Assembly: GCA_018897195.1 (NCBI GenBank)
Contig: JAHILH010000004.1
Coordinates: 83,678 to 147,677, forward strand
DNA from: Patescibacteria group bacterium
GTDB lineage: Bacteria > Patescibacteriota > Patescibacteriia > Patescibacteriales > UBA12075
Direction of reading: 5' to 3'
Length of the DNA stretch: 64,000 bases
The translations under genes were made by a program, and so were the position numbers. How positions within the stretch are numbered: the stretch's first letter is position 1; each line of letters opens with the position of its first letter. A model generated the notes under the pieces. That model saw only the letters and a program-made list of their open reading frames with translations. It did no database searches and was not told the DNA's origin. Positions 11,649 to 20,229 of the stretch are shown in pieces.

Positions 11649-14039
11649 TTATTTCTTCTTTTTCTTAGCCATTTCTTCTTCCTTTTTTAATACCGCTAAT
11701 GTTGTCTTCACGACTGTATCTGGAATCAAGGAAATGCTATCAATGCCCTCCTCTACCAAGAAAGTCGCAAACTCAGGAAAGTCACTCGGCGCTTGTCCGC
11801 AAATACCAACCTTAGTCTTGGTATCTTTACCAACCTGAATTAAATACTTAATTAAAGTCTTCACAGCCGGATTCTTTTCATTGGAAGGACCAGCGACATC
11901 AATCATGCCAGCGGCATCGCGATCAATACCCAGTGTCAATTGTGTTAAATCATTAGAACCGATAGAGAAACCATCAAACTCTTTAGCAAAATCAGTTGCT
12001 AAAATGATATTCGCTGGAATCTCGGCCATTACGTAAACCTCTAAACCATTTTTTCCTTGTACCAAGCCATTTTCGGCCATAATCTTTTTCACCGCCTTAC
12101 CTTCTTCTACGGTTCGACAAAATGGAATCATGATTTTTAAATTTGTTAAGCCCATGTCATCACGCACCTTTTTCAAAGCTGCACATTCCAATTTGAAAGC
12201 TGGTAAAAATTTCTCAGAATAATAACGACTAGCGCCACGATAACCAATCATGGGATTTGATTCTACTGGTTCATACTCCGCTCCACCAATCAAGTTCGCA
12301 TATTCATTTGATTTAAAATCAGACAAACGCACAATTACATCCTTGGGATAAAAAGCGGCCGCAATCATAGCCACACCAGAGGCTAATTTTTCCACAAAGA
12401 AATCGGTTTTGTTTTTATAACCGAAGGTAATCTCGTCAATTTTTCTTTTAACTTCCTTATCTTTTATCTTAGTATAATTTATCAAAGCCAGAGGATGAAT
12501 CTTAATATAGTTATTGATAATAAACTCTAAGCGCGCCAAACCGACACCATCATTCGGAACAAATGAAGTTAAGAAGGCCTGATCGGGCTCACCGACGTTC
12601 ATCATGATCTTGGTCTTTGGTTTTTTCAAATTCTTCACGTCAGTTCTATTGATCTTATACGGCAATTCACCTTCATAAACAAAACCTTCTTCACCCTCCG
12701 CACAACTCACGGTAACTTTTGTGCCTGTTTTTATAGTTGATGATGCGGTGTTAGTACCAACCACACAAGGAATGCCCAGCTCACGAGAAATAATCGCCGC
12801 GTGACAAGTTCGTCCGCCTTTATCAGTCACAATCGCTGACGCAATCTTCATAATCGGCTCCCAATCAGGATCAGTCATATCAGTCAAAAGCACATCGCCT
12901 TTTTTAAAACTCTCAATCTGCTTAATATCCATGATTTTGTTCACGGTACCGGCACCAATACGACTACCAACACTTTGTCCGCTAATCAACAATTTACCTT
13001 TTGCTTGCAAACGATAATCTTCCAAAACATTCACATCGCGAGTGCTATGCACTGTCTCTGGACGCGCTTGAATGATATATAACTTGTTATCGTTGCCATC
13101 CAATGCCCATTCCATATCCATTGGTCGGCCATAATGCTTTTCAATAATCATCGCCCATTTCGCTAACTGCTTAATTTGCGCATCATTAATAGAATACTTA
13201 GCTTGCTCAGCCGGAGGCACATTGATATCCTTCACTGGATTTTTTGGATCAGAGCTGTAAATCATTCGTAAATTTTTCTTACCCATTTTCTTAGTAATAA
13301 TTGCACCCGTTGGCTTAAATACATAGAATTCATCAGGATTTACTTTGCCCTGCACGATGTTTTCGCCCAAGCCATAAATAGAATTAATCATGACCACATT
13401 TTGAAAACCAGACTCAGTGTCGATTGAGAACATAACACCGGAAGAACCCTTATCAGAGCGCGCCATTTTTTGCACACCAGCTGACAAAGCAATTTGAAAA
13501 TGATCAAAGCCTTTGTCCGTTCTGTATGAAATCGCGCGATTAGTAAACAAAGATGCAATACATCTCTTTACTGCATCAATTACATATTCCGCGCCTTGAA
13601 TGTTTAAGTAAGTATCCTGTTGTCCTGCAAAAGAAGCATCAGGCAAGTCTTCTGCTGTCGCTGATGAGCGCACTGCCACATCAACATTCTTCATTTTATG
13701 ACTCTTGGACAACTTGGCATAAGCAGTTCGAATTTCCGCCTCTAATTCTTTTGGCAGTCTTGCAGCTAAAATAGTCTTACGAACTTTAGCTCCCCTCCTC
13801 ACAAGATCACCAACATTCTTGGTGTCCAAACCTTTTAAAATTTTCTCAATCTCTTTCTTTAAACCACCTTTTTCCATGAAGAAATTGTAGGCTTCGGCCG
13901 TTGTGGCAAAACCATTTGGAACAGTAATTCCTTGTTTTGTTAACTTTTGATACATCTCACCTAGAGACGCATTCTTTCCACCAACCATCGGCACATCTTT
14001 GATGCCAAGTTCGTCGAAAAATTTAATAAATTTTGACAT
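11649..14039 (-). CDS. ppsA: Phosphoenolpyruvate synthase
   Basis: VGGKNASLGEM, AVRSSATAEDLPDASFAGQQ, GGRTCHAAIISRELG, FSIGSNDLTQ. Confidence 0.97.
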   Translation of the reverse strand: MSKFIKFFDELGIKDVPMVGGKNASLGEMYQKLTKQGITVPNGFATTAEAYNFFMEKGGLKKEIEKILKGLDTKNVGDLVRRGAKVRKTILAARLPKELEAEIRTAYAKLSKSHKMKNVDVAVRSSATAEDLPDASFAGQQDTYLNIQGAEYVIDAVKRCIASLFTNRAISYRTDKGFDHFQIALSAGVQKMARSDKGSSGVMFSIDTESGFQNVVMINSIYGLGENIVQGKVNPDEFYVFKPTGAIITKKMGKKNLRMIYSSDPKNPVKDINVPPAEQAKYSINDAQIKQLAKWAMIIEKHYGRPMDMEWALDGNDNKLYIIQARPETVHSTRDVNVLEDYRLQAKGKLLISGQSVGSRIGAGTVNKIMDIKQIESFKKGDVLLTDMTDPDWEPIMKIASAIVTDKGGRTCHAAIISRELGIPCVVGTNTASSTIKTGTKVTVSCAEGEEGFVYEGELPYKINRTDVKNLKKPKTKIMMNVGEPDQAFLTSFVPNDGVGLARLEFIINNYIKIHPLALINYTKIKDKEVKRKIDEITFGYKNKTDFFVEKLASGVAMIAAAFYPKDVIVRLSDFKSNEYANLIGGAEYEPVESNPMIGYRGASRYYSEKFLPAFKLECAALKKVRDDMGLTNLKIMIPFCRTVEEGKAVKKIMAENGLVQGKNGLEVYVMAEIPANIILATDFAKEFDGFSIGSNDLTQLTLGIDRDAAGMIDVAGPSNEKNPAVKTLIKYLIQVGKDTKTKVGICGQAPSDFPEFATFLVEEGIDSISLIPDTVVKTTLAVLKKEEEMAKKKKK

Positions 14040-14104
14040 AGTTTTCTCCCTGTCCGCCCCTGCAGAAGCCCTGACGGATATAGTATTAATAAATAATTTA
14101 AAAC

Positions 14105-14419
14105 TTAAAGTTTAATTTTTTTACTCAAATCATAAACAAAAGGAATTTTCCACCATTCTCCATTATATGCCTTTACCGCCGCTGTCGCTGAAACAACAAT
14201 TAAGGCTAAAAGTAAAATCTGTCCAAAAAAAGGCACGATAGTGGCAAAGCTTAAACCAAATAAAACTAATCCTTGCTTCGCATGAAACTGCGCATACTTA
14301 GATTTCTGCTTAGTCAGCAAGGGAATAAGACATAAGATCCATAAATACCCGCCCGCCGCGATGGTTTTATTCTTTTCAATGTCTGGATTTAACGATTGGT
14401 TGTTTTGTTCTTCGGTCAT
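14105..14419 (-). CDS. DUF4870-like membrane protein
   Basis: YAQFHAKQGL...KAYNGEWWKIP motif; start placed at MTEEQ. Confidence 0.75.
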   Translation of the reverse strand: MTEEQNNQSLNPDIEKNKTIAAGGYLWILCLIPLLTKQKSKYAQFHAKQGLVLFGLSFATIVPFFGQILLLALIVVSATAAVKAYNGEWWKIPFVYDLSKKIKL

Positions 14420-14578
14420 ATTTTTAAATTTAATAATAGTTAATAACACCTCCCATTATACAAAATATTATACCATAAAAATTAAAAATTATAAAATATT
14501 TGACTTTTCCTAAAATACCGTGTAATAATATAGATATAGAAAAAACGTAAAAAATTGCTTTTTGCGTATTTTTTTTCT

Positions 14579-14663
14579 GCGGACGTGGCGAAATTGGTAG
14601 ACGCACTTGCCTTAGGAGCAAGCACCGCAAGGTATGAGAGTTCGAGTCTCTCCGTCCGCACCA
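14579..14663 (+). tRNA. tRNA-Leu (anticodon TAG)
   Basis: GCGGACG/CGTCCGC acceptor stem, CTTGC-CTTAGGA-GCAAG anticodon arm, long variable arm, GTTCGA T-loop, encoded CCA. Confidence 0.97.
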
Positions 14664-14665
14664 AA

Positions 14666-14701
14666 AAAATAAAAGCTGACATTTTTGTCAGCTTTTATTT
14701 T
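14666..14701. terminator. Terminator downstream of tRNA-Leu
   Basis: AAAATAAAAGCTGACA-loop-TGTCAGCTTTTATTTT. Confidence 0.8.
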
Positions 14702-14720
14702 ACAAAGATTATTACATAGT

Positions 14721-14811
14721 TCCCTCTCCTGGATAGGAGAGGGGCAGGGTGAGGTAGATATTCGGTGACGGCTCCCTCACTCCGACCTTCTCCCGGCGGG
14801 GCGAGGGAGAA
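14721..14811 (+). repeat. GC-rich REP/MITE-like element, copy 2
   Basis: Near-identical to 4614-4703; lies between convergent tRNA-Leu and polA. Confidence 0.85.
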
Positions 14812-14825
14812 ATCTTGAATACAAT

Positions 14826-17621
14826 TTATATCTTCTCCATCTCCCCCCAACTCTGCCCTACTTTCGCATCCACCACAATCGGCACAGTCAAAGTAATCGC
14901 ATTTTCCATAATCGCTTTGATCTGAGGCACATATTTTACGACCAAGTCTTCGCGCATCTCAAAGATTAATTCGTCGTGTACTTGCAATAAAACTCTTGCA
15001 TCGCTGTCAGTTATCTTTGCCAACACCTCAATCATCGCTTTTTTAATTAAATCCGCCGCCGTGCCTTGAATTGGAGTATTGACCGCCATCCGCTCGGCCG
15101 CTTTGCGAATTTGCATGTTCGATGAGTTAATGTCAGCCAAGAAACGACGACGACCGAACATGGTTTCAACAAAACCCTCCTCTTTTGCCTTAGCAATAGT
15201 GTTATCAATAAAATTTTTCACACCGGGGAATTTTTTGAAATATTCTTCAATAAATAAGCGAGCTTTTTCAAAAGAAATATCCGTCGCCTGCGCAAGTCCG
15301 TGCGGCCCTTGGCCATAGAGAATACCAAAATTGATTGCCTTGGCTTCACGACGCATTGTACTCGTTACTTCCGACAAATCCACTTCATTAATCTTGGCCG
15401 CCGTTAAAGAATGAATGTCAACATTATTTTTAAAAGATTCTAGCATTGTCTCATCACCAGACATATGTGCTGCAACCCTTAACTCAATTTGCGAATAATC
15501 AAAAGCAACTAACATATAACCAGCCTTAGCAACAAATGCCTTGCGAATCTCACGACCCATCTCGGTACGCACAGGAATATTTTGTAAATTTGGCTCAGTC
15601 GATGACAAACGACCCGTCGCAGCTACAGCCTGGTTGTAGCTCGTGTGGATTCTTTTTGTTTTCGGATTAATTAATTGCGGTAGGGCTTCGATATAAGTAC
15701 TAATCAACTTCGCCAACTCGCGATATTCCTGAATATATTTAATAATCTCATGACGATCTTTCATTTTTTCCAATTCATCAAAAGCCGTGGAAAAACCAGT
15801 TTTCGTCTTTGTAATTCCCTCGGCTGAAATCTGCAACTTATCAAACAAAACTTCTTTCAACTGTTTGGTCGAGTTAATATTAAAATCACCGCCCGCCAAA
15901 GTCCAAATTTCTTTCTTAATTTTATCAATTTTCTTGGTTAATTCTTTATTTAATTTTTGTAAAAAACCACCATCCAAAGAAATTCCGTTCTCCTCCATTT
16001 CTACTAAAACAGAGATCAACGGCATTTCCATTTCATTAAATAAAGTTTCTAATTTTTGTTCTTGCAACTGCTTACGCAAAACCTCAACCAAACGAAAGGT
16101 AAAATCCGCATCTTCGCACGCATATAAGGATAATTTTTCCGCCTCTACGTTAGCGTATTCAATTTTATCTTTACCCTTACCAAGCAAATCTTCTTTATTG
16201 ATTTTTACAAAACCCAACTCCGCAAACACAACAGCGTCTAAATTATGTTGTCGATTATCTGGATTCAAAAGATAAGAAGCAATCATGGTGTCAAAGTTAA
16301 TTCCCTCGACATTGACGCCCTGATTCTTTAAAACCCGCACATCATACTTCATATTGTGTCCATATTTTTGGATACTTACGTCTTCTAAAATTGGTTTTAA
16401 TTGCTTTAACCAATTATTATCAACTTGCGCCTCTTCTTTAATATCAGACATGCTACCATAATTAAACAAGTTAGTTTCCTGTTCTCCCTGCTTCTTTTTT
16501 GCGGCTTGTAATTTCAAATAATAAGCTTCACCTGCTTTCCAAGAAAAACTCACTCCTAAAATCTCACATGTAATCGGATCCAATGAAGTCGTTTCAGTGT
16601 CCACCGCAAATGCCTTTTGTTTTTTCAATTCAGTAAAGAATTTTGCAAACTTTTTTTCATCATCCACTAAAACATATTTAAACTCCGTTCGATTACGTTC
16701 AAATTTATCAATTACTTCCTGAGCACTTTCTGCCTTGGTTTGATTAGCTCCGGATAAATCCGCCACGCGGGGCAATAATGATTTAAAACCTAGGTCGCTA
16801 AACACGTCCACTAAACCATCTTTATCATAAACACCAAACTTAGCTGCCTCCAAATTAAAATCCATCGGCACATCAAGTTTTATAGTTGCCAATTCTTTAG
16901 ACATATATGCATCTTCCTTGTGAGTCTTCAATAATTCCGCAATCCGCGGTTTCACTTTGTCTAGATTTTTATACAACTCGTCCAAATTTCCAAATTCCTT
17001 CAATAACTCCGTCGCTGTTTTTTCACCGATCCCCTTCACACCCGGAATATTATCCGAGGTATCACCACGCAGGGCCTTGTAATCAATTAACTGCGCCACC
17101 TTCAATCCATATTTCTCTTCCACTAATTTTTCATCATACAAAACACTATCCAAAATCCCTCGACTCATCGTGTAAACTTTTGTATCCGCCCGCACCAATT
17201 GAAAAGCATCCGCATCACCTGTCACAATAATCTTATCAACTTCCGGCTCGTGCCTCGTAATCGTCCCAATCAAATCATCCGCCTCAAAACCATCCATCTC
17301 AAAAATCGGAATCCCAAACGCCCGCACCACTTTCTTCACCATCGGAATCTGCGCATACAGCTCATCCGGCGCCTTCTCGCGATGCGCCTTATACTCCGTA
17401 TATTGAATATGCCGAAAAGTTGGCGCCTTCCGATCCAAAGTCACCACCACATACTCCGGCTTAAACTCTTTAATTGCCTTCAACAACACAGTCGTAAATC
17501 CATACACCGCATTTGTCATTTCCCCCGCGCTATTTTTCATAGTCGGCGGTAAAGCGTGAAAACTACGATGAATCAAAGCGTTCCCATCAATGATAATAAT
17601 CTTTTCTTTTTTTATAATCAT
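14826..17621 (-). CDS. polA: DNA polymerase I
   Basis: 5'-3' exonuclease (IDGNALIHR, EADD), 3'-5' exonuclease (DTET), polymerase motifs DYSQIELR, KAINFGILYG, QVHDEL. Confidence 0.98.
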   Translation of the reverse strand: MIIKKEKIIIIDGNALIHRSFHALPPTMKNSAGEMTNAVYGFTTVLLKAIKEFKPEYVVVTLDRKAPTFRHIQYTEYKAHREKAPDELYAQIPMVKKVVRAFGIPIFEMDGFEADDLIGTITRHEPEVDKIIVTGDADAFQLVRADTKVYTMSRGILDSVLYDEKLVEEKYGLKVAQLIDYKALRGDTSDNIPGVKGIGEKTATELLKEFGNLDELYKNLDKVKPRIAELLKTHKEDAYMSKELATIKLDVPMDFNLEAAKFGVYDKDGLVDVFSDLGFKSLLPRVADLSGANQTKAESAQEVIDKFERNRTEFKYVLVDDEKKFAKFFTELKKQKAFAVDTETTSLDPITCEILGVSFSWKAGEAYYLKLQAAKKKQGEQETNLFNYGSMSDIKEEAQVDNNWLKQLKPILEDVSIQKYGHNMKYDVRVLKNQGVNVEGINFDTMIASYLLNPDNRQHNLDAVVFAELGFVKINKEDLLGKGKDKIEYANVEAEKLSLYACEDADFTFRLVEVLRKQLQEQKLETLFNEMEMPLISVLVEMEENGISLDGGFLQKLNKELTKKIDKIKKEIWTLAGGDFNINSTKQLKEVLFDKLQISAEGITKTKTGFSTAFDELEKMKDRHEIIKYIQEYRELAKLISTYIEALPQLINPKTKRIHTSYNQAVAATGRLSSTEPNLQNIPVRTEMGREIRKAFVAKAGYMLVAFDYSQIELRVAAHMSGDETMLESFKNNVDIHSLTAAKINEVDLSEVTSTMRREAKAINFGILYGQGPHGLAQATDISFEKARLFIEEYFKKFPGVKNFIDNTIAKAKEEGFVETMFGRRRFLADINSSNMQIRKAAERMAVNTPIQGTAADLIKKAMIEVLAKITDSDARVLLQVHDELIFEMREDLVVKYVPQIKAIMENAITLTVPIVVDAKVGQSWGEMEKI

Positions 17622-17689
17622 ATTTCAGTAATTATTTACAATACTTCCATTATACCACAGAAAACAAAAAAAAATAGCTCAAAATAAAA

Positions 17690-18415
17690 AAAATAATAAC
17701 TTATTCTCTTAAAGATAATCAATATTTTGATTATTTTATTAGAGAGCGAAATTTTTACCTCTCCGAGAACCAACTATTTATTCTATAGCTAGACTGATTG
17801 CCCGCTTACCAAAATATATTTTACAAGCCAGGTAACTGCTTACTTTATTATTACTGAGATATTAAAGAAATTCCTCATCCTTGCCTTTGTCCTAAATTGA
17901 AGCAAGGTGTTCCCGTTTATTTTTCGTCGGCCTGGCGGGAGTCCGACTATATCGAAGAGATCAAACTCTTTGATATAAAAACCGCTTTAGATTGACAAAT
18001 CTACTCATCACAGCACCTCAAATGAACGAGGTTTATTACTTTACTACATTATTAAGCTGCGTTTTTTATAAATTAACCAATATTTTTTATTGCCGTTCTC
18101 ATCTCCTAAATCTCACAAAGATTTAACTACAAAAAAACTTCGCTTAAAATTGTAGACGATATTTCCATAAGATTAATGAATTATTTTTTATAGATCCATT
18201 TATCATTATTTCAATATCCCAATCTTTGCGAAGTTTTAGGAGATGAGTATTTTCATATACCGATGTTAACGTTCAAGGCACGACCCGCCGAGGCGGATCA
18301 TAATGAATTAAGTTTCATTATGACAAGCATGAAATTTAATTTACTTTGTTTGCTGCCGACTCGTGAATTAAACGAAGTCAGAAGCGCTTTGGTCTTAAGC
18401 AATCTTTCAGCTTAA
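17690..18415 (-). ncRNA. Putative large structured ncRNA 1 (~720 nt), family unknown
   Basis: Own promoter, dense hairpins with G-U pairs on the minus strand, 11-bp helix between 18408-18418 and 18049-18059, H-type pseudoknot 17911-17947, terminal hairpin 17706-17746 plus T-rich tail, no ORF of 60 aa or more. Confidence 0.7.
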
Positions 18416-18421
18416 TAAATC

Positions 18422-18462
18422 AGTATAGCAAACATTTTGAAACTTGTCAATAGTCTTTGACG
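18422..18462 (-). promoter_or_regulatory. Promoter of RNA1 with GTCAA-N6-TTGAC palindrome
   Basis: Minus strand TCCGTCAA-agacta-TTGACA-17-TATACT with extended -10 TG. Confidence 0.8.
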
Positions 18463-18657
18463 GAAATTATCATTATTAATTATTTATTGCTAACTTTAAA
18501 TATAATTATAATCAATATCTTGTTATTTATATAAAACAAAAGTAGGCTAATAATGTAATATAAATAATATACATTTATTTTCGCATTATAGACAATACAT
18601 GATGCTTTCTTAACACAATGAGATTATGCATTATGATTTAAGAAAATAAGTGCTGCC

Positions 18658-18745
18658 TCCCTCTCCTTTGTAGGAGAGGGTTAGCGTAATCCTCGTCCGA
18701 TTAATTATAAAGGGGACGGGGTGAGGTAGAACGGGCGAGGGAGAA
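18658..18745 (+). repeat. GC-rich REP/MITE-like element, divergent copy 3
   Basis: TCCCTCTCCT..TAGGAGAGGG, GGGTGAGGTAGA and GGGCGAGGGAGAA blocks shared with 4614 and 14721. Confidence 0.75.
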
Positions 18746-18801
18746 TACAATGGCAAACTTCTCGATATATTTATTCAAAATCATAAATTGCATATAAAAC
18801 T

Positions 18802-18834
18802 AAAAAAGACCAATTTTTTAGATTGATCTTTTTT
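18802..18834 (-). terminator. Terminator of RNA2
   Basis: Minus strand AAAAAAGATCAAT-loop-ATTGGTCTTTTTT. Confidence 0.75.
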
Positions 18835-19181
18835 ATTACTTATATTTTTATCTTCCCAGACATCGCAAGATTAATACAATAAAACTTCGCTTAAAATTGC
18901 ATCAATCAATACGAAGTTTTGGGAGATAATATAATGTACAGGCTTGAAAAAGCCATTGGGACAAATCTAAATGTATTTAGCACAACGTTTTTTGGAATAA
19001 ATTCTTTACTCGTTGTAAATAACTTTGAAGAAAAGATAATCATTCCATATTTATAACCACATCAGATAAACCACTTTAGTCGCAACAACGAAATAAAATA
19101 GTTCATGTAGAATATTAATTCTAGGTAGATGTAACAAGTGTGGAAAATTTTAGATTTGTTTCAATGTGCTTTTTAAGTTAA
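18802..19181 (-). ncRNA. Putative structured ncRNA 2 (~380 nt), family unknown
   Basis: Own promoter, ~27-bp interrupted closing helix (19149-19177 with 18943-18971), 3' domain homologous to RNA1, terminator 18802-18834. Confidence 0.7.
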
Positions 19182-19187
19182 TTTGTC

Positions 19188-19216
19188 AGTTTAGCAAACA
19201 TTTTTAAAAATGTCAA
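19188..19216 (-). promoter_or_regulatory. Promoter of RNA2
   Basis: TTGACA-17-TAAACT with extended TG; spacer nearly identical to the RNA1 promoter (AAAATGTTTGCTAxACTGA). Confidence 0.78.
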
Positions 19217-19335
19217 TAATAAACAACAATTTTACAATATTAATTAATTAATAGCTATTATTAAATAAAATAAAACAATAATATATGTCACATGCATACA
19301 ACTTTAATAAAATTATCTGCCAAAATAACTATATC

Positions 19336-19376
19336 CGTCAATAAGTATTGACAAATATTTTTAAGTATGCTAGACT
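19336..19376 (+). promoter_or_regulatory. Promoter of RNA3 with GTCAA-N6-TTGAC palindrome
   Basis: TCCGTCAA-taagta-TTGACA(19348)-17-TAGACT with extended TG. Confidence 0.8.
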
Positions 19377-19900
19377 AATATATTAACTCAGAACATTCAA
19401 AACTAAAAAGGAAATTACCCCCTGTAAAGCCTTCAACAAATTATGGTGACGGCCTTACAGAGGAAGAATTATAAAAAATATCTGCGCAAAGCAGAATCCC
19501 CTCTCTAAATCATAAAGATAAATATATGATGAGATCAATTTCCGGAACCTTGTCGTTGATGCTATCAATGGCAGTCCTACGAACAACACTACCTGAAGCC
19601 GCAGATCTTCTAGGTCAAATCCTAGTAACGTCATTAACCATGGTTAACGGCTTACTACACCACGCCGGATCATTGCAGATATAGAAACCCAAAAGGGATT
19701 CGAAGAATCCCTTCTTTTTCCGGAAGAGGAATTACAAAGCGATTTAGCGAGCAACATCACTCATGGAATTACTTTGTCATTTCTGACAAACAGCACATTA
19801 AAAACACAAAGACTACTGTTTGTATCGCAATCAACTAATTTTGTCTCTTCTTACTAAGAGAGATAATATATTTTTTTCACTACAATAATGGAGGTGTTAT

Positions 19901-19912
19901 ATGGGTGGATGA
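19901..19912 (+). other. Minigene Met-Gly-Gly-stop
   Basis: GGAGGT SD at 19890, then ATG GGT GGA TGA. Confidence 0.5.
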
Positions 19913-20000
19913 AATTGCATAAGCAAAATCGTCTGTGGTTCTAGTAACTGGACTAGAACCATAAAACCTACGTGACATTTTAAAATCCATAAGGAGAAAA

Positions 20001-20012
20001 ATGAACGGTTAA
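20001..20012 (+). other. Minigene Met-Asn-Gly-stop
   Basis: AAGGAG SD at 19991, then ATG AAC GGT TAA. Confidence 0.55.
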
Positions 20013-20077
20013 TCAGCTTTCAAATCATCGGTAAGGGAAAAATAACTAATTTATTTTCTACTTTTCTGGAGAAAAAA

Positions 20078-20089
20078 ATGAACGGCTAA
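20078..20089 (+). other. Minigene Met-Asn-Gly-stop
   Basis: GGAG SD at 20068, then ATG AAC GGC TAA. Confidence 0.55.
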
Positions 20090-20187
20090 ATTCCAACTAG
20101 GCATCTCTAATATTGATGAAGTTGATTGTTTTGACACAAAATAGAAAAAATCTATAAGCTGGTATAATCACTACCACTTAAAACAAA

Positions 20188-20224
20188 ACCCCCTTCGAAT
20201 AAATTCGAAGGGGGGTCTTTTTTT
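20188..20224. terminator. Bidirectional terminator between RNA3 and trmB
   Basis: ACCCCCTTCGAAT-loop-ATTCGAAGGGGG hairpin followed by a T-tract, A-rich on the other side. Confidence 0.85.
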
Positions 20225-20229
20225 ATAAA

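Larger units (their letters stand above)
19383..20224 (+). ncRNA. Putative structured RNA 3 (~840 nt) with internal terminators and three tripeptide minigenes
   Basis: Nested helices (ATATCTGC/GCAGATAT; TCCGG/CCGGA closing three hairpins), G-U pairs on the plus strand, internal terminator-like hairpins 19693-19719 and 19841-19877, final terminator 20188-20224. Confidence 0.68.

Noticed and set aside
14430-14682. ORFs overlapping tRNA-Leu
   Set aside because: Antisense shadows of the tRNA gene
16980-17600. Strong C-over-G bias and higher GC in the 5' part of polA (similar in ruvB)
   Set aside because: Consistent with codon and strand bias in conserved domains; no breakpoint or repeat supports mosaicism without computation
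18073-18102. Micro-ORF MRTAIKNIG-stop in RNA1 (also ends in Gly)
   Set aside because: AGGAG abuts the ATG with no spacer, and both are buried in the 13-bp domain helix
18280-18390. glmS ribozyme (AGCGC...ACGAG...TCGGCGGG near amino-sugar genes)
   Set aside because: The GACGAGG and ATCGA core elements and the expected pairing are absent, and no glmS gene lies downstream
17690-18415. RNA1 as tmRNA (GACTCCCGCCAG, pseudoknot, ...AAC GCA GCT TAA TAA reading like a tag ending AA)
   Set aside because: No GGGG acceptor 5' end, no T-arm/CCA end, and a TAA lies six codons before the Ala-Ala stop; an Rfam/ARAGORN search should still confirm
18450-19350. Replication origin in the AT-rich island
   Set aside because: Only one DnaA-box-like 9-mer noticed (TGTGGAAAA near 19139), no dnaA nearby, and the strand bias does not switch across the region
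17650-20224. CRISPR array, RNase P RNA or self-splicing intron
   Set aside because: No regularly spaced direct repeats or cas genes, no GAGGAAAGTCC signature, and no interrupted host gene
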